Source: Octopus vulgaris
Taxonomy: Eukaryota
Assembly: GCA_951406725.2 (NCBI GenBank)
Contig: OX597822.1
Coordinates: forward strand, 14,508,001-14,572,000
Direction of reading: 5' to 3'
Length of the DNA stretch: 64,000 nucleotides
Of this stretch, positions 41,811-57,501 are shown one piece after another. The notes beneath the pieces were generated by a model. It had not been told where the DNA came from. It searched no databases and saw only the letters and a list, made by a program, of their open reading frames with translations. Numbering within the stretch: position 1 is the stretch's first letter; every line of letters starts with the position of its first letter. The position numbers were made by a program, and so were the translations under genes.

Positions 41811-42883
41811 TCGTGGATCAAAAAGAGGCCGAGGAAGGGTGAATGGCACCGCGAGTGTCGCTTTGCTCTTAAGCAACTATGCCGTCCCGGGTCGACCTTG
41901 AGCGACTTCAAAACAACCAAAGCATTCTATAGGAGATTAGTGGAGGGGAGGTACGACGACGATCTCAGAGCGAACCTTGGCGTCGACCAGGAATATCTGA
42001 CCCGCCTGTTCAAGACGACTTTCGGGCCGGGAGCTATGGACAACTTCTAGAGATCCCTGGCCTGGCAGTGCTACTGAGAAGCGCTACCCGTTCGGGATAA
42101 GCTCTACAGACACGGCTCGAGAAACACGGGGCTGACCTGCCCGAGATGCGGCCAGAGCGACGAAACCGTTCTGCACGTACTCGTGCAGTGTCCAGCCATT
42201 TCTGACCTGTGGGTTTATGTCGAACGACTGCTGTCACGTGTGGGACGAGTCGGTTTATCAGCCGAGTCTATCATCAGTATCGTCATGCCTCCTTCCTTCA
42301 AACGGGAAGGAAGAGCTATTTTCATCATACTTGTGGCTATGGCGAAAGAATGTATCTGGTGGACGCGTCTGAAAGGATTAGATACAAACACTTTCCTCTC
42401 TGGTCAATCAACTTCTTCAAGTATCACTTGAAAAGGAAAGTGAGAGTAGAGAGGCAAGTTTTGTCTAGTGAATGTTTCAAAAATAGATGGGTGAGTGTAG
42501 CAAGGATGGCACGTATGAATGACGAAGCCACCTTGAGTATAATCCTATGAACCCGAAAAAATTTAAAACAGAAAGTTACTTACTTGCAAAAAAATGTGTT
42601 AACATGTGACATTATTGACCGAGGTTACCGTGGTCTTTTCTGTATGCTTTTCTTTCTACGGATAAACCTTACCTGCTTGCCCCTTTACACTTTACATCAT
42701 GACATTTCTGTGATACACGATCCCTATTGATCGTTTTTTTTCTCTCTTTTTACGATCCTTTTGATCGAAAACCTAACTCCCTTTTACTTTCTTTTTCTTT
42801 TTCTTTTTTTTCTCCCCAAAATGAAAAGCTCTACGTTGTAATTTGTCCCCTCGGTATTCAGCCCTGTGTGGCTAATAAAGAAA
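41811..42883 (+). pseudogene. 5'-truncated Tx1/L1-like LINE (ORF2 C-terminal zinc finger plus 3' UTR)
   Basis: LPVRDKLYRHG..CPRCGQSDETVLHVLVQC; internal stops; ends aataaagaaa; (TATC)n both sides. Confidence 0.85.
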
Positions 42884-42885
42884 TA

Positions 42886-42921
<36 letters not shown>

Positions 42922-42922
42922 A

Positions 42923-42981
<59 letters not shown>

Positions 42982-43075
42982 CCACTCTCTCTCTATACAC
43001 GCTAATTTCATGAGCAGGCTGTTCCGTTAATTGGATCAAGTGGAGCCCTCGTCGTCGTAACCGACGGAGTGCTAC

Positions 43076-43125
<50 letters not shown>

Positions 43126-43137
43126 ACAAACATATAA

Positions 43138-43192
<55 letters not shown>

Positions 43193-43452
43193 CTCACACA
43201 CATATATCCATGCATATAAATATATAAATACATATGCACACACACATGCACGTGCCTGTGTATGCATGCATGGCTTATTTTGCTCTCGACTTCTTTTCCA
43301 CTGGCAAACCCTTGGTTGTCGCTTTGCTTTGTTTCTTTCATATTTAGTTCCTCTTTTAATGTTTATTGTTCTTCAATTCGGTGCAACCCTTCATCCCCCT
43401 CATCCTCACCCTTACCTCACTGCCCCCGCTCAGGTACAAAAACAACTATATC

Positions 43453-43499
<47 letters not shown>

Positions 43500-43552
43500 A
43501 CACACACACGCACACACATTCACGCATATACGTATATATATCTTTCATTTGT

Positions 43553-43780
43553 GCCTGTCATTTGACTGTGGCCATGCTGGAGCACTGCGTTTTAGGCGAA
43601 CAGATCGACCCCAGGACTTATTCTTGTAAGCTTAGTACTTATTCTATCGGTTCTTTTGCCGAACCACTAAGTTACGGGGGCGTAAACCCCCCAGCATCGG
43701 TTGTCAAGAGATGGTGGAGGGACAAACACAGACACACAAACGTATATGCACATATACATATGAAGTAAAAGAAGCCCATA

Positions 43781-43812
<32 letters not shown>

Positions 43813-43957
43813 GACGGGCTTTCAGTTTCCGCATGCCAAATCCACTCACAAGGCTTTGGTCAACCCGAGGCTATATTAGGAGAAACTTGCGGAATGTGCC
43901 ACGCAGTGGGACTGAACCCGAAACGATGTGGTTGGTAAGCAAGCAACGCAGCCACTA
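43553..43957 (-). mobile_element. SINE-C, near full length
   Basis: Both halves with internal (TA)n. Confidence 0.85.
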
Positions 43958-43968
43958 CTGTGCCTCTC

Positions 43969-44001
<33 letters not shown>

Positions 44002-44002
<1 letters not shown>

Positions 44003-44372
44003 GAGGCACAATGGCCCAGTGGTTAAGGCAGCGGACTCGCGGTCGTACGATCGCGGTTTCTATTCCCAGACCAGGCGTTGTGAGTGTTTATTGAGCGAAA
44101 ATACCTAAATCTCCACAAGGCTCCGTATGGGGGTGGGGTAGCGAACCCTTTTCACTACAACTTTCCCTCACTCTTTCTTCCTGTTTCTGGTGTACCTGTA
44201 TTTCAAAGGGCCAGCCTTGTCACACTTTGCGTCACGCTGAGTCTCCTCGTGAACTACGTTAAGGGCACACGTGTCTGTGGAGTGCTCAGCCACTTACACG
44301 TTAATTTCACGAGCAGGCTGTTCCGTTGATTGGATCAAGTGGAGCCCTCGTCGTCGTAAACGACGGAGTGCT
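44002..44372 (+). mobile_element. SINE-B, full length
   Basis: Colinear with 40153-40530. Confidence 0.88.
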
Positions 44373-44374
44373 AC

Positions 44375-44512
<138 letters not shown>

Positions 44513-44914
44513 ATGTATACAAACATATAAATATGTATATATATATACACTCACACACATATATCCATACATATAAATATATATGCGTGTATATGTGTGA
44601 GTATCTACGTGTGCACACACATACACACATACGCTCATACACACGCACAATCGCACACAAACACATGCCCATACCAGCCATTGTTCTTTTGTTTTTCTTT
44701 TTCCAACTAAGACTGTTGGCACGTGTTGTTGTTCTTACGAATTAATATCCCACCACCACCGTAGCGATTGTGGTGGTGGTGGGTGTTTGCGACGGTGATG
44801 TTGGTATATATGATGGTGATGATGATGGACTGGGTGGTGACGGTGATGCTGTTTGTGCGGCCATACTCAAGTAGTTATACATGTTTTTTATCTGTTTTTC
44901 CTTTGTTTTATGCT

Positions 44915-45085
44915 TTTATTTGTTTCAGTCATTAGATACGGCCAAGCTGGGGTATCACTTTGAAGAAGTTGTTTGTCGAAATATTTGTATGATCGATATC
45001 TTTTGTCGCACCGCTAAATAACGGCGATATAAACACACCAACGCCGGTTGTCAAGCGGTAATGGAGGACAAACACAGACATACAT

Positions 45086-45156
<71 letters not shown>

Positions 45157-45346
45157 TACACACACGCACCTCCATATATACATAGGGAGAATTCACGAAA
45201 AAACACAAAAGACGAAGACAGGTGGTGTAGAAAACAAACAGATGTATTAGTATAGCGCTCAGGAATAGAAAAAGTCTTTAACGTTTCGAGCCTACGCTCT
45301 TCCACAGAAAGGAACACAAAAAGAAACAAAGAGAGAAAAATATGTG

Positions 45347-45406
<60 letters not shown>

Positions 45407-45540
45407 CGATGGGCTTCTTCACAAGGCTAGTAGCGGTTATAGTAGAAGTCACTTGTCCAAGGTGTTTCGCTATGGGACTGAACTCGGAACCACATGTCAG
45501 GGAAGTAAACTTCCTTTACCACAGGACCTCGTCTGCGCCA
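44915..45540 (-). mobile_element. SINE-C containing a nested F2 element
   Basis: SINE halves at 44915-45080 and 45405-45540. Confidence 0.75.
45185..45341 (-). mobile_element. Hammerhead element family F2
   Basis: cttt CTGTGGA a gagc gtag gctc GAAA CGT T aaag at 45311-45276. Confidence 0.78.
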
Positions 45541-46239
45541 TGCTTTTGTTAATTATTAGTTCTGTCACAGACTGAGGCAAATTGCACGTGGGCGTCCTTT
45601 TACCTTTTTTCTTGTTTTTTGTTAACTGCCTTCATCCGTTGTGGGGTCAGAGAAAGGGAGTTAATTATATCTTCAGACCAGAGAATGGGCTCGATTGGGG
45701 GGGGATAGAGTAAACACAGCTTAAATCCCTCGTGGTTCGTCCTTTATGAAAAAGGTCCTCCAGGTGAAGCTCAGCATATTCAAAGGGTGTTATGGCATTA
45801 TTCACCACCATGTGGACGCGTATCTTGTATTTTCTGTACCGCTTCATCAGAAAAGAAAGGATTCCGTTGACAGTCCTTTTCCCAGAAAGTCAAAGATTGA
45901 TAGGAAGAAGGGTGTGGCATATTCTCAGATTGAACTCAGAGTTCGAACGCTTACAATAAAGCATACTCTTTTAACGCTATCAAAATCAAAGGCTAGGTGA
46001 GGTGGTCAACGTATTAAATGTGCCTCCTCCGAAACACGAACGGACTCTCAGAATGACTTCCATAGTTTCTATTTGCCAAATTACACTCACAAGGCATGAG
46101 CCAATCGGAGGGTCTGGGGAAACAGATTTGGGCAGTATAACCAGCAGAGGGATCGATCTCAAAACCACCGGGCTTTGCAAGCGAAACTCTTACCTACCCA
46201 ACCATGCTTGCATTATTCTGTTTAACTGTTTCCCTCTTT

Positions 46240-46590
46240 CTCTTCTGTTTCATTCAGTTATTAGACTGAGGCCAGGCTGGGGCAGTGCACCGCCTTCAAG
46301 AATTTATAGCCGAATGAGTATTTAATTTTAAGTTTAGTACTTATTCTGTCAGTCTCTTTTGTCGGACTGCAAAGTTACAGTGGTCGGGGACAAACAGACA
46401 CAGAAACACACATACACAGAATTATGTGTTTGTGTGTGTGTGTGTATATGTGCGTGTGTGTGTATATGTTTGTGTATGTGCGTGTATGAATACATGACAG
46501 TCTTCCATACAGTTTCCGTCTACCAAATCCACTCTCAAGGATTTGGTCCAACTGAAACTAGAGTAGAAAACACTTGTCCAAGGTGATACC
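46240..46590 (-). mobile_element. Decayed SINE-C
   Basis: gtttccgtctaccaaatccactctcaagg and 3'-half motifs. Confidence 0.7.
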
Positions 46591-46827
46591 ATGCAGTTCG
46601 TTGCGTGATTTAAACAATTTGTTAGGTAGAGAGACTGAGAGAGGGAGGGGAGAGAGAGAAGGAGGGGGAGAAAGAGACGGAGCGGAAAGAGAATGAGAAA
46701 GAGTGATAAATAAACATATAGTTACACGATGGATGGATTGATGAGAAGATAGTTAGAAAGAGAGACAGATGGACAGACCGTTAGAAAGACAGACAAATTG
46801 ATAAATAGGTAGATAGGTAGATAGATA

Positions 46828-47917
46828 TCTTTATTAGCCACACAGGGCTGAACACAGAGGGGACAAAATAGAATGTAGAGCTTTTCTTTTCAAAAGAAAA
46901 AAAAAATAAAGAAAATAAAAAAAAGAAGAAAAAATCCGATCAAAAGGGATCGAGTATCACAGCACAGTAAAATTGTATAAAACATATTAGGTTTATCCGT
47001 GGAAAGAAAAGCCTACGGAAAAGACCACGGTAAACTCAGGCAGTTACCACATGAGAGCAAAATGATCTCTCTTTCTTTCTTCCTCTCTCTCTCTCTCTCC
47101 CTCTCTTACGATTTGCAGGATCATGCTCAAAGGGGTTTCGTCACTCGCATGCACCATCTTTGCTACATTCACCCACCTTTTTTTGAAACTTTCACAAGAC
47201 AAAACCAGCCTTTCCATTCTCACCTTCCTTTTCAAGTGGTACTTGAAAAAGTTGATGAGCGATTGGCCAGAGAGGTAAGTGTTTGTCTCTAATCCTTTCG
47301 CTCGAGTCCACCAAACACATTCTTTCACCATGGCCACCAGTACGATGAAGACTGCCTTGCCTTCCCGGTTAAGGGAAGATGGTGGAGCAGGTTTCACGAT
47401 ATACTCGGCCGACAACCGAATTCGTCCCACACGTGACAGCAGCGGTTCGGCATAAACACACAGGTCCAAAATGGTTGGACACTGCACGAGTGCGTGCAGA
47501 ACGGTTTCGTCGCTCTGACCGAATCTCGGGCAAGTCGATCCGGTGTGTCTCGAACCGTGCCTGTAGAACTTATCCCGAACGGGCAATGCTTCCCGTTAGT
47601 ACTGCCAGGCCAATGATTGTCCATAGTTCCCAGCCCGAAAGTTGTCCTGAACAGGCGGGTCAGCTGTTCCTCGTCGACGCCTAGATTCTCATCGAGAACA
47701 TCGTCGCATTTCCCCTCCACTAATCATCTATAGAACACCTTCGTGGAATTGAAGTCGCACAAGTTTGGTCCCGGACGGCAGAGTTGCTTGAAATCAAGGC
47801 GGCACTCGCGGTGCCATTCACGTAGTCTCGGTCTCCGATTGAACCACGATTGTAGTTCGGCCAAAGAGACGAGTTGCGGGAAAGCGCGCCTCACAAACGG
47901 CGACCACACCTGTTCAG
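46828..47917 (-). pseudogene. 5'-truncated Tx1/L1-like LINE, divergent subfamily
   Basis: ORF 47044-47586 is homologous to the 41811 copy; (GATA)n/(GGAT)n flanks. Confidence 0.85.
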
Positions 47918-47928
47918 ATGGATGGATG

Positions 47929-47961
<33 letters not shown>

Positions 47962-47962
47962 C

Positions 47963-48182
47963 TTTCTTTATTAGCCACACAGGACCGAACACAGAGGGGA
48001 CAAAATACAATGTAGAGCTTTTCTTTTCGAAAGAAAAAAGAAAAAGAAAATAGGAAAAAAAAACAGGAGGAAAAAATTCCAATCAAAAGGGATCGTGTAA
48101 AAAAAACCATCAAAAGGGTTGTGTATCACAGAGCAAAGCAAAAATGTAAAATAACAGATTAAAAACACAGGAGAGGAAATAG
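47963..48182 (-). mobile_element. Tx1/L1-like 3' UTR-only insertion
   Basis: tttctttattagccacacagg..; (GATA)n both sides. Confidence 0.8.
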
Positions 48183-48189
48183 ACGGATG

Positions 48190-48257
<68 letters not shown>

Positions 48258-48359
48258 CATACATACATACATACATACATACATACATACATACATACAT
48301 ACATACATACATACATGGATGGATGGATGGATGGTAAGATACATAATAAAATAGGTAGG

Positions 48360-48420
<61 letters not shown>

Positions 48421-49023
48421 TCAACTAACCGCATGCCGAGAAAATGATAACCATGCGCATACACGTAAGCGTATATATATTTACATGGGTAGGAAATCAA
48501 ATACACTCAAATACACGCTTACTCACACACACATACACACATACATACATACATACATACATACATACATACATACATACATACATACATACATACATAC
48601 ATGCATACATACATACATACATAAGTACATACATACGTACATACATACATACATACATACATACATACATACATACATACATACATACATACATACGTAC
48701 ATACAGCATATAATTATATAGATATAGGTCGACATTTGTACACGTGCCGTCTTTATAACATTCCACGAGGCACGTGTATCTCTCTCAAACTACTTCCTAC
48801 ACACGTGTGTTTGTTTGCATATACACATATATATTTATAAATATATGTATACATATATCTATATGTATGCGTATGTGTATGCGTATGCGTATGTATGTGC
48901 GTATATATATATATATATATATATATCTACACACACACACACATATAAAATAAACTGATTTCCGTATTTTAGTGTTGAGCGTGTATAATTATATTTTAGT
49001 TGGACATGTATGATTATATATAC

Positions 49024-49107
<84 letters not shown>

Positions 49108-49777
49108 GGGGAGTAAGAGTGTTTGTGGTGGAACAAGGTGTGAGAGAAAAGGATATTTTATTCAAACGGCGTATAGTTGCGAGTCGATAACCAAAGCACG
49201 TATAATGAAATAAACAAGGATTAGCGTAATCTCTTATTGGAGCGCAGATTTCGCCAGGGAGATGTCTCACCTCATCAGAAAGATCGTTAAGATTAGGCTG
49301 AATATACGATTTCATTCGGAAAAACCATATCTTGTGAGTGAAAGGCATTCACAAAGCGAGAAATAAGCAATTCGTGAAAATCAGTAAAAAATTTCAGTCA
49401 TATTTGTGTCATGTGAATCGGAAAGCTACGTAAATTGTACGACGTAAGGTACGTAAGAATTCACGAAAATGCTTTGTCGAATGGAGCTGCCAAAATCAGA
49501 ATTTTTTTTTGTTACGTTTACATTATAGAACGTAAAAAATAGATCATTATCAAATTTAGATAATACACTTTTAATTCAGATCTTGATCGATATTTTATAA
49601 ATCGGTACACCGAAGCATATTTTCATTTAGCTTGGCATCCAATCTATGTTAGGCAAAAAGAAAATGTTGAGCGAAATTTGCGAATAAGAGAATAGGTATG
49701 TGTGTGTGTATGTATGCATTATACACGTGTATAAGCATACATCTCTCTCTCTCTCACTCTCTCTCTCTCTCTCTCTG

Positions 49778-51295
<1,518 letters not shown>

Positions 51296-51329
51296 ATATA
51301 TATATATATATATATATATATACTCATAT

Positions 51330-51632
51330 CTATTTCTCTACTACCCACAAGGGACTAATCACAGAGAGAACAAACAAACATTTCTCTGCCTTTCACACTT
51401 TGCACTTTGATTATATTGACCCCAGTACGTAACTTGTACTTAATTTATCGACCCCGAAAGGATGAAAATCAAAGTCAACCTCGGCGGAATTTGAACTCGG
51501 AACGTAACGACAGACGTAATACTGCTACGCATTTCGCCCGGCGTGCTAACGTTTTTGCCAGCTCGCCGCCTTAGCGGGCGAAATACCGCTTAGCATTTCA
51601 TCCGGCGCTCTAACGTTTCCGCCAGCTTGTCG
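51330..51632 (-). mobile_element. SINE-A with Tx1-type tail plus an extra head
   Basis: ctactacccacaaggg..gccagctcgccgcc and a second head to 51632. Confidence 0.8.
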
Positions 51633-51646
51633 CATGGAGTAAAATG

Positions 51647-51714
<68 letters not shown>

Positions 51715-52538
51715 TATAATAATAATTATAGTAATAATAATAATAATAATGATAATAATCCTTTCTACTGGAAGCTCAAAGCTTCAAATTTGGGGGAAGG
51801 GATTAAATTGATTACATTAACTGGTATTTATTCAATCGACCCCGAAAACGTGCGCACTTATATTTGTAAAGATATATATACGTATATGTGTGTATGCATG
51901 TATGCATGCTTATATGTATGTATATGTTTATCTATTTGTGTGTGCATGTGTGTATGTGTGAGAGTGTATGTACGAAGCACTGACTAGGAACACGTAACGA
52001 GAACATCTTAAATATCAAATTTATAGAAGGTAATGTGTGATATTGAGAAAAGGAAAGAGGGGGAAAGGGAGATTAAAGTATAAAGCGGAAGGAGCAGCCA
52101 TTGTGCGTGTGTCGCTGCAAGTGACTGGCGCATGTCTCTCACTCAAACAGAAAGTTAAGCGGCGATATCTGAAAGGTAAGTAGGTGTACAAGGCAGACGT
52201 TTTTACGCATGCATAAAAATGCGCACACGCACTCATATACAAGCACAGCAGAAGACCCGACTCAGTACGGCTGTAACATTGTGTTGTTGCACTTGAAAGA
52301 GCAGATGAGGTGATCGAGAAGCTGATGGTACGGTTAGGGATTTTATCAGAGTGCTTCTTTACCCTTAAACTAAGTTTTAAAAAAAAGGTAATTAGGGGAT
52401 ATGAGCAATCATTAATGAGACTTAAATTAATTACGCCGAGGACTTGCCTATATGTGTATGTCTGTGTATTTCTGAGTTCGAGGGTGGGTGGGTGGATGTA
52501 CTTACACACACACATACACACACACGCACGCACGCACG

Positions 52539-52610
<72 letters not shown>

Positions 52611-52611
52611 G

Positions 52612-52792
52612 ATCGTTAGCCACTGCACACATTTTTTTCTCTCCTTGTTTTTTTTGTGTCCCTTTCTGTAGAAGAGAGTAGGCTCGAAACGTAAAAGACC
52701 TTTTCTATTCCTGAGTGTTATACTAATACATCTGCTGGTTTTGTACACCACCTATCTTCGTCTTTTTTTTTTTTTTTTCGTAAACTCTCCCC
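52612..52792 (+). mobile_element. Hammerhead element family F2
   Basis: cttt CTGTAGA a gaga gtag gctc GAAA CGT A aaag; (TA)n flanks. Confidence 0.78.
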
Positions 52793-52824
52793 ATATATAT
52801 ATAGAACACAAATAGGGTTTAGAA

Positions 52825-52906
52825 TTTCCGACAGTTGTTTCGGTAGAATTTCATTGATGCATTCATATATTACATCGTAGCATGTAATTCACCATCTTCA
52901 GGTAAA
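52825..52906 (-). ncRNA. Type-I hammerhead motif with intact core and long stem II
   Basis: tttac CTGAAGA t ggtgaatt..aattctacc GAAAC AACT GTC ggaaa. Confidence 0.7.
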
Positions 52907-53899
52907 AATGTAAACACTCGTTCGCCCTGAGTCGGATCTAAGGTTTAAATTGGATTTGGCATTTACATATCAACAGTAGCCTACTAATACACGACACCTT
53001 CATGGCTGTTTTACCCCCACTGTGAGCCCTATGTTATTGTACGTAGCCATTTGTGGCGACCTACATGTTGATGTGCCTGGATTCTATTGAATCTTATAAT
53101 TAGCCTCTTATTGTGTATGCGCGCGCGCGTGTGTGTGTACGCACGTGTATTTGTGTGAGTGAGTGTATACACGCATAACACACACAAATTCAGATATGTG
53201 CATGTATATAAACATAATGCTGGCGTTGTATCTAAGACGTTCAACGATGATAAGTGTGTGAGCGGATAAACTGCATTATGTGTTTCTGAATGAAAGAGTA
53301 AGTGGCTGAGTACATCACGAGTGTATAAGTGTCTTAATTTAATCTTCAGGCACCAGCACTTGATATTGTGAATTAAAAGACTTATCTTTCGGATTGTGAC
53401 TTTGCACAGATTTGCTCCAAGATCTCAATATTCGCAAAGAGTGTGAAGCGTGTAAACAGAATGACACTTACGCAGTGCATCAAATTCGAGGTCACGTGGT
53501 TGTGAAATGAATTTCTTAATCTTTTTGCGCCAACTAGAATTACGTTTGTGTAGGTGAGTATGAGATGTCTATGAGTATGTCTATATGTATGAGCATATAC
53601 GAGAAGGGGGTACCCAAAAGTAACCGAAAAACATTCTCTGATGAGGTCCTGGGTCTTAAGAACCTTCCAGACCAGAAAACAATATGTCAGTATTCCTTTT
53701 AAACGGAATCTGGACAAATTTCTCCAAGGAATACCAGATAAGCCACCTATATCTCGATACAACTCACTCAACAAGAACTCCCTACTCGAATGGACATGAT
53801 ATCACAAAATTTGAGTTAAAAAGGATTTAGCTAATCCTATCAGGTGGTGCTATTAACTTAGACATGGCCTGGGCCAATCTTTGGTCGAAATATATCTAA

Positions 53900-53974
<75 letters not shown>

Positions 53975-54467
53975 CTGTATGTATATATACAAGTATATTT
54001 ATAGACATACATATATCTCTATGCATGTGCTTATTTACATGTTTATGTGTGTGTACGCGTGTGCGTATATATATAAACATGTACACAAACACACTCACCC
54101 AACTATATATGTATATATATATATACATACACACACACACACACACATATAAATATATATACACATGCATATCTATATACATACCATAAGGTCCGATGTG
54201 GTAGCACATTATGCAGGGGTGGGGGGGCGTGTGCGTACCGATATACCATGGAAGATGGCCACGTGTCGGGGTGAAGACTTCGTGACACTGCCGTACGCCA
54301 GGCGTTGATGATAAGGAATGAGTTGGTGAGGGAGTGTAGAAATATGTGCGCATGTGTCAGTGTTTGAACATAAAGGTATTTGTACATGTGTGTGTATGTC
54401 TGTGCATCTGTATATATGTATATATATGTATGTATGTAGATACACACACACAGACACGCATACATAC

Positions 54468-54542
<75 letters not shown>

Positions 54543-54738
54543 GGGGGGTGTATGTATGTATGTATGTAGGTAGGTAGGTAGGTAGGTAGGTAGGTAGTCA
54601 TATGCATACAAGGCACGCGCCGCGAGTAAATAGTGATGATACGCTGTGAGTATTAATGAAGTAAATTCCCTATAAAACACCTTATCATAATATAAAATGT
54701 ACAATACACATATATGTCTACTTGAGCACGTGGATTCA

Positions 54739-54898
<160 letters not shown>

Positions 54899-55189
54899 GG
54901 AAGTCCAAAGTTTTTAAAAAGTGTTTCAAGTTTGTTTTTTTTCCCCCTTATTCCTCTCTAATCCTACTTTACTAAATTTATAGTATGTGAAGATATCGTC
55001 ATTTCTATCGCAGTAAAATTCAAGGAAAAATATAATAACTCCAAGGTCGGTAACTTATGCCGAGTTGCTCGAATCTGTCGTTATGATATAAGTAAGAGCA
55101 TTAACGCACCGATTATTGAAAGGAAGGATACTGAAAGAAAAAGTAGAGATTAATTCCAAGATACATCGCGTAGATGCTCTGGGATGCGT

Positions 55190-55670
55190 CATCAAAAATG
55201 CTTCTGGGATTTCAAGGGGGTTTCGGGTCTCTCAATATCAAACCTCCTCACCCAGTTGACCCAGCCAGGGTTGATAAACCCCCGGCTGAAGAAGCAGCAA
55301 ATTACTTATCTGCCTTCTTTATCCAAAGCCATTGAATGATCTTCTCTGGAACTTCAGTGATGGAATGTTGAAATATATGCCCCTCCTCATTGCTGCACCA
55401 GTTACCCCAAACTTCAGACAGAGCTTTGCAGTATAAACGCCCCACTAATCTTCGAAGTCCCACTTTTATTGCCTCGCAACGTACCTGCTGCCATCCCCGA
55501 TTTCTGCACTGCTCCTACAGCTAATGGAATTTGGCAACCTTCTTCTCATGAGCTTTTCCTGTGTATTCTTCCCAGGGCACAGTCACTTCCCACATGGTCA
55601 CCTTTTTAGTGGAATCTGAGAAAATCCCTGTGTCTAGGTGGAGAGTTGTTTTAGTTCATACATGTAAAGC
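55190..55670 (-). pseudogene. Hero-like non-LTR retrotransposon C-terminal (RLE) remnant
   Basis: FSDSTKKVTMWEVTVPWEEYTGKAHEKK and EKIIQWLWIKK. Confidence 0.65.
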
Positions 55671-56171
55671 TAAAATAGCTAATTCTGAAAGCAAGTCAAA
55701 CTCTGTTTTGTTGCACAAATAAGCATCTCTAGCCAAGTCAATTATTAAGTACTGACTTTTGATAAAAAGAAAAAAAGAGAAAAGAAAAGAAAGGAAAGCA
55801 ACGTGAATTGCTGTGTTTTACTTATACAAGTACATTCAGGGTGGTGCAACTTAAAATATCGAGAGACCAGCGCGAATTCTATAGACAGCTTTTATTGAGT
55901 TTAGACACGTTTATTCCTGCTTTTACAGACAAGGCGTATTTTTTTTTATTTCACATTACTTTTTGATATAAATTTGTTATGATCAAAATATGAAAAAGAA
56001 AACACAATAAAAAAAACCCAACAAAAACAACTTTTATTCAAAATCGCATTGTCACGGCTTTAAAGTTTCTATTCGATTTCACATATTACAATGCCTCGAG
56101 CGTGTCCTGTACACCACTTTGTATGTATATGTGTTTATTTGTATACATACATGTGTGTGTACGCAGACACA

Positions 56172-56223
<52 letters not shown>

Positions 56224-56573
56224 AGCATACATAAGCATATACAAAAATGTCATGTCCAGGCGCACACACCACCTATACACGCATGCACACATAAATTTGC
56301 GTTGATTCACCCAACAGCAATAAGTCAGAGAACTCAATACACAAAAATAGGGTGTTGATATTGATTTTAACTAAATCACTCAAACATACCTCGAAGTTTC
56401 AAGATGCCGTTCTTTCAGCAGACAGATTGAAACGATTACCGTTTAAACCAGAATTTAAAATAAATTTTAGAATATTGCATGCAAGCATACCAGAAAATGT
56501 TTTTGCCTTAAATCTTAAAAGTTATTCTTTTATTCTTTTTCATGTTTCAGTCAAATGTAGATTCCAAAGACAT

Positions 56574-57038
56574 AGGAATTTTGGGGAAAACAATAATGGG
56601 TTGCTTTTGAGAATTGTTCTCCACTCGAGGGTGGTTCCGAAAATGTCGTCCATATTTGTTTCATTTTCTCTGTTTGTGCGTTTGTGCATCCGTAGATTTC
56701 TACTGAAACAACAAACAGGCAATGAAGGCAAATTAAGTCCTCACCAGAAAACTCGTTATGCTAAAAATAACAGCTAAATGTCTGGTAATCAGAAATATGT
56801 TATTAAGACGACTTATCTGTTGCATACGATTCTTTTTCACTTTAAGTAAATTCCTGAATAAACGTTTCTAATAGAAAGGCAGAAGACACCAGAAGCAAAA
56901 ATAAGGAATATACAACGCACAGTTAAATATAGAAGTGTAAAGTATAATTTGTTACATAATCTCTATAATAGACATGATATTGAATGGAATAAGTCCCCGT
57001 TTGAACTTTTTAATTACATGTGCGTGTGTGTATGTGTA

Positions 57039-57094
<56 letters not shown>

Positions 57095-57223
57095 TGGTAG
57101 AAATCTACGGATGTGCAAACGCACAAAACAGAGAAAATGAAACAAATCTAGACATGTTCTGAAACATCCCAAATGGAGTATGGTTCTCAAAAATAGCCCC
57201 CTTTTGTTTTCCCCCAAAATTCC
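56574..57223. repeat. Diverged inverted repeat, ~130-bp arms (56574-56703 / 57098-57223)
   Basis: atttgtttcattttctctgtttgtgcgtttgtgcatccgtagatttctac vs gtagaaatctacggatgtgcaaacgcacaaaacagagaaaatgaaacaaat. Confidence 0.85.
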
Positions 57224-57501
57224 TGTTCTCAGTATCTACATAGTCCGAGGTATATTTGTAGAGACTTTCATTTAAAAATATCCATTTCTTGACAGTTAAG
57301 ACGAATTGGACTCCGGTGAATTTTTTTTTAATTCCCCACCCCACCCTCTCCTAAAACACTTTCCCCAAAAACGTTTGTACATTCGAAATTTACCTGATAT
57401 AACACATATTCGTAGAAAATTTCATTAAAAAATATCCATTCTTCTGAAAGTTATAATAATCCCAAATCAGGTGGGTAGCAGAAATCTGTAGTTATGCCAA
57501 T

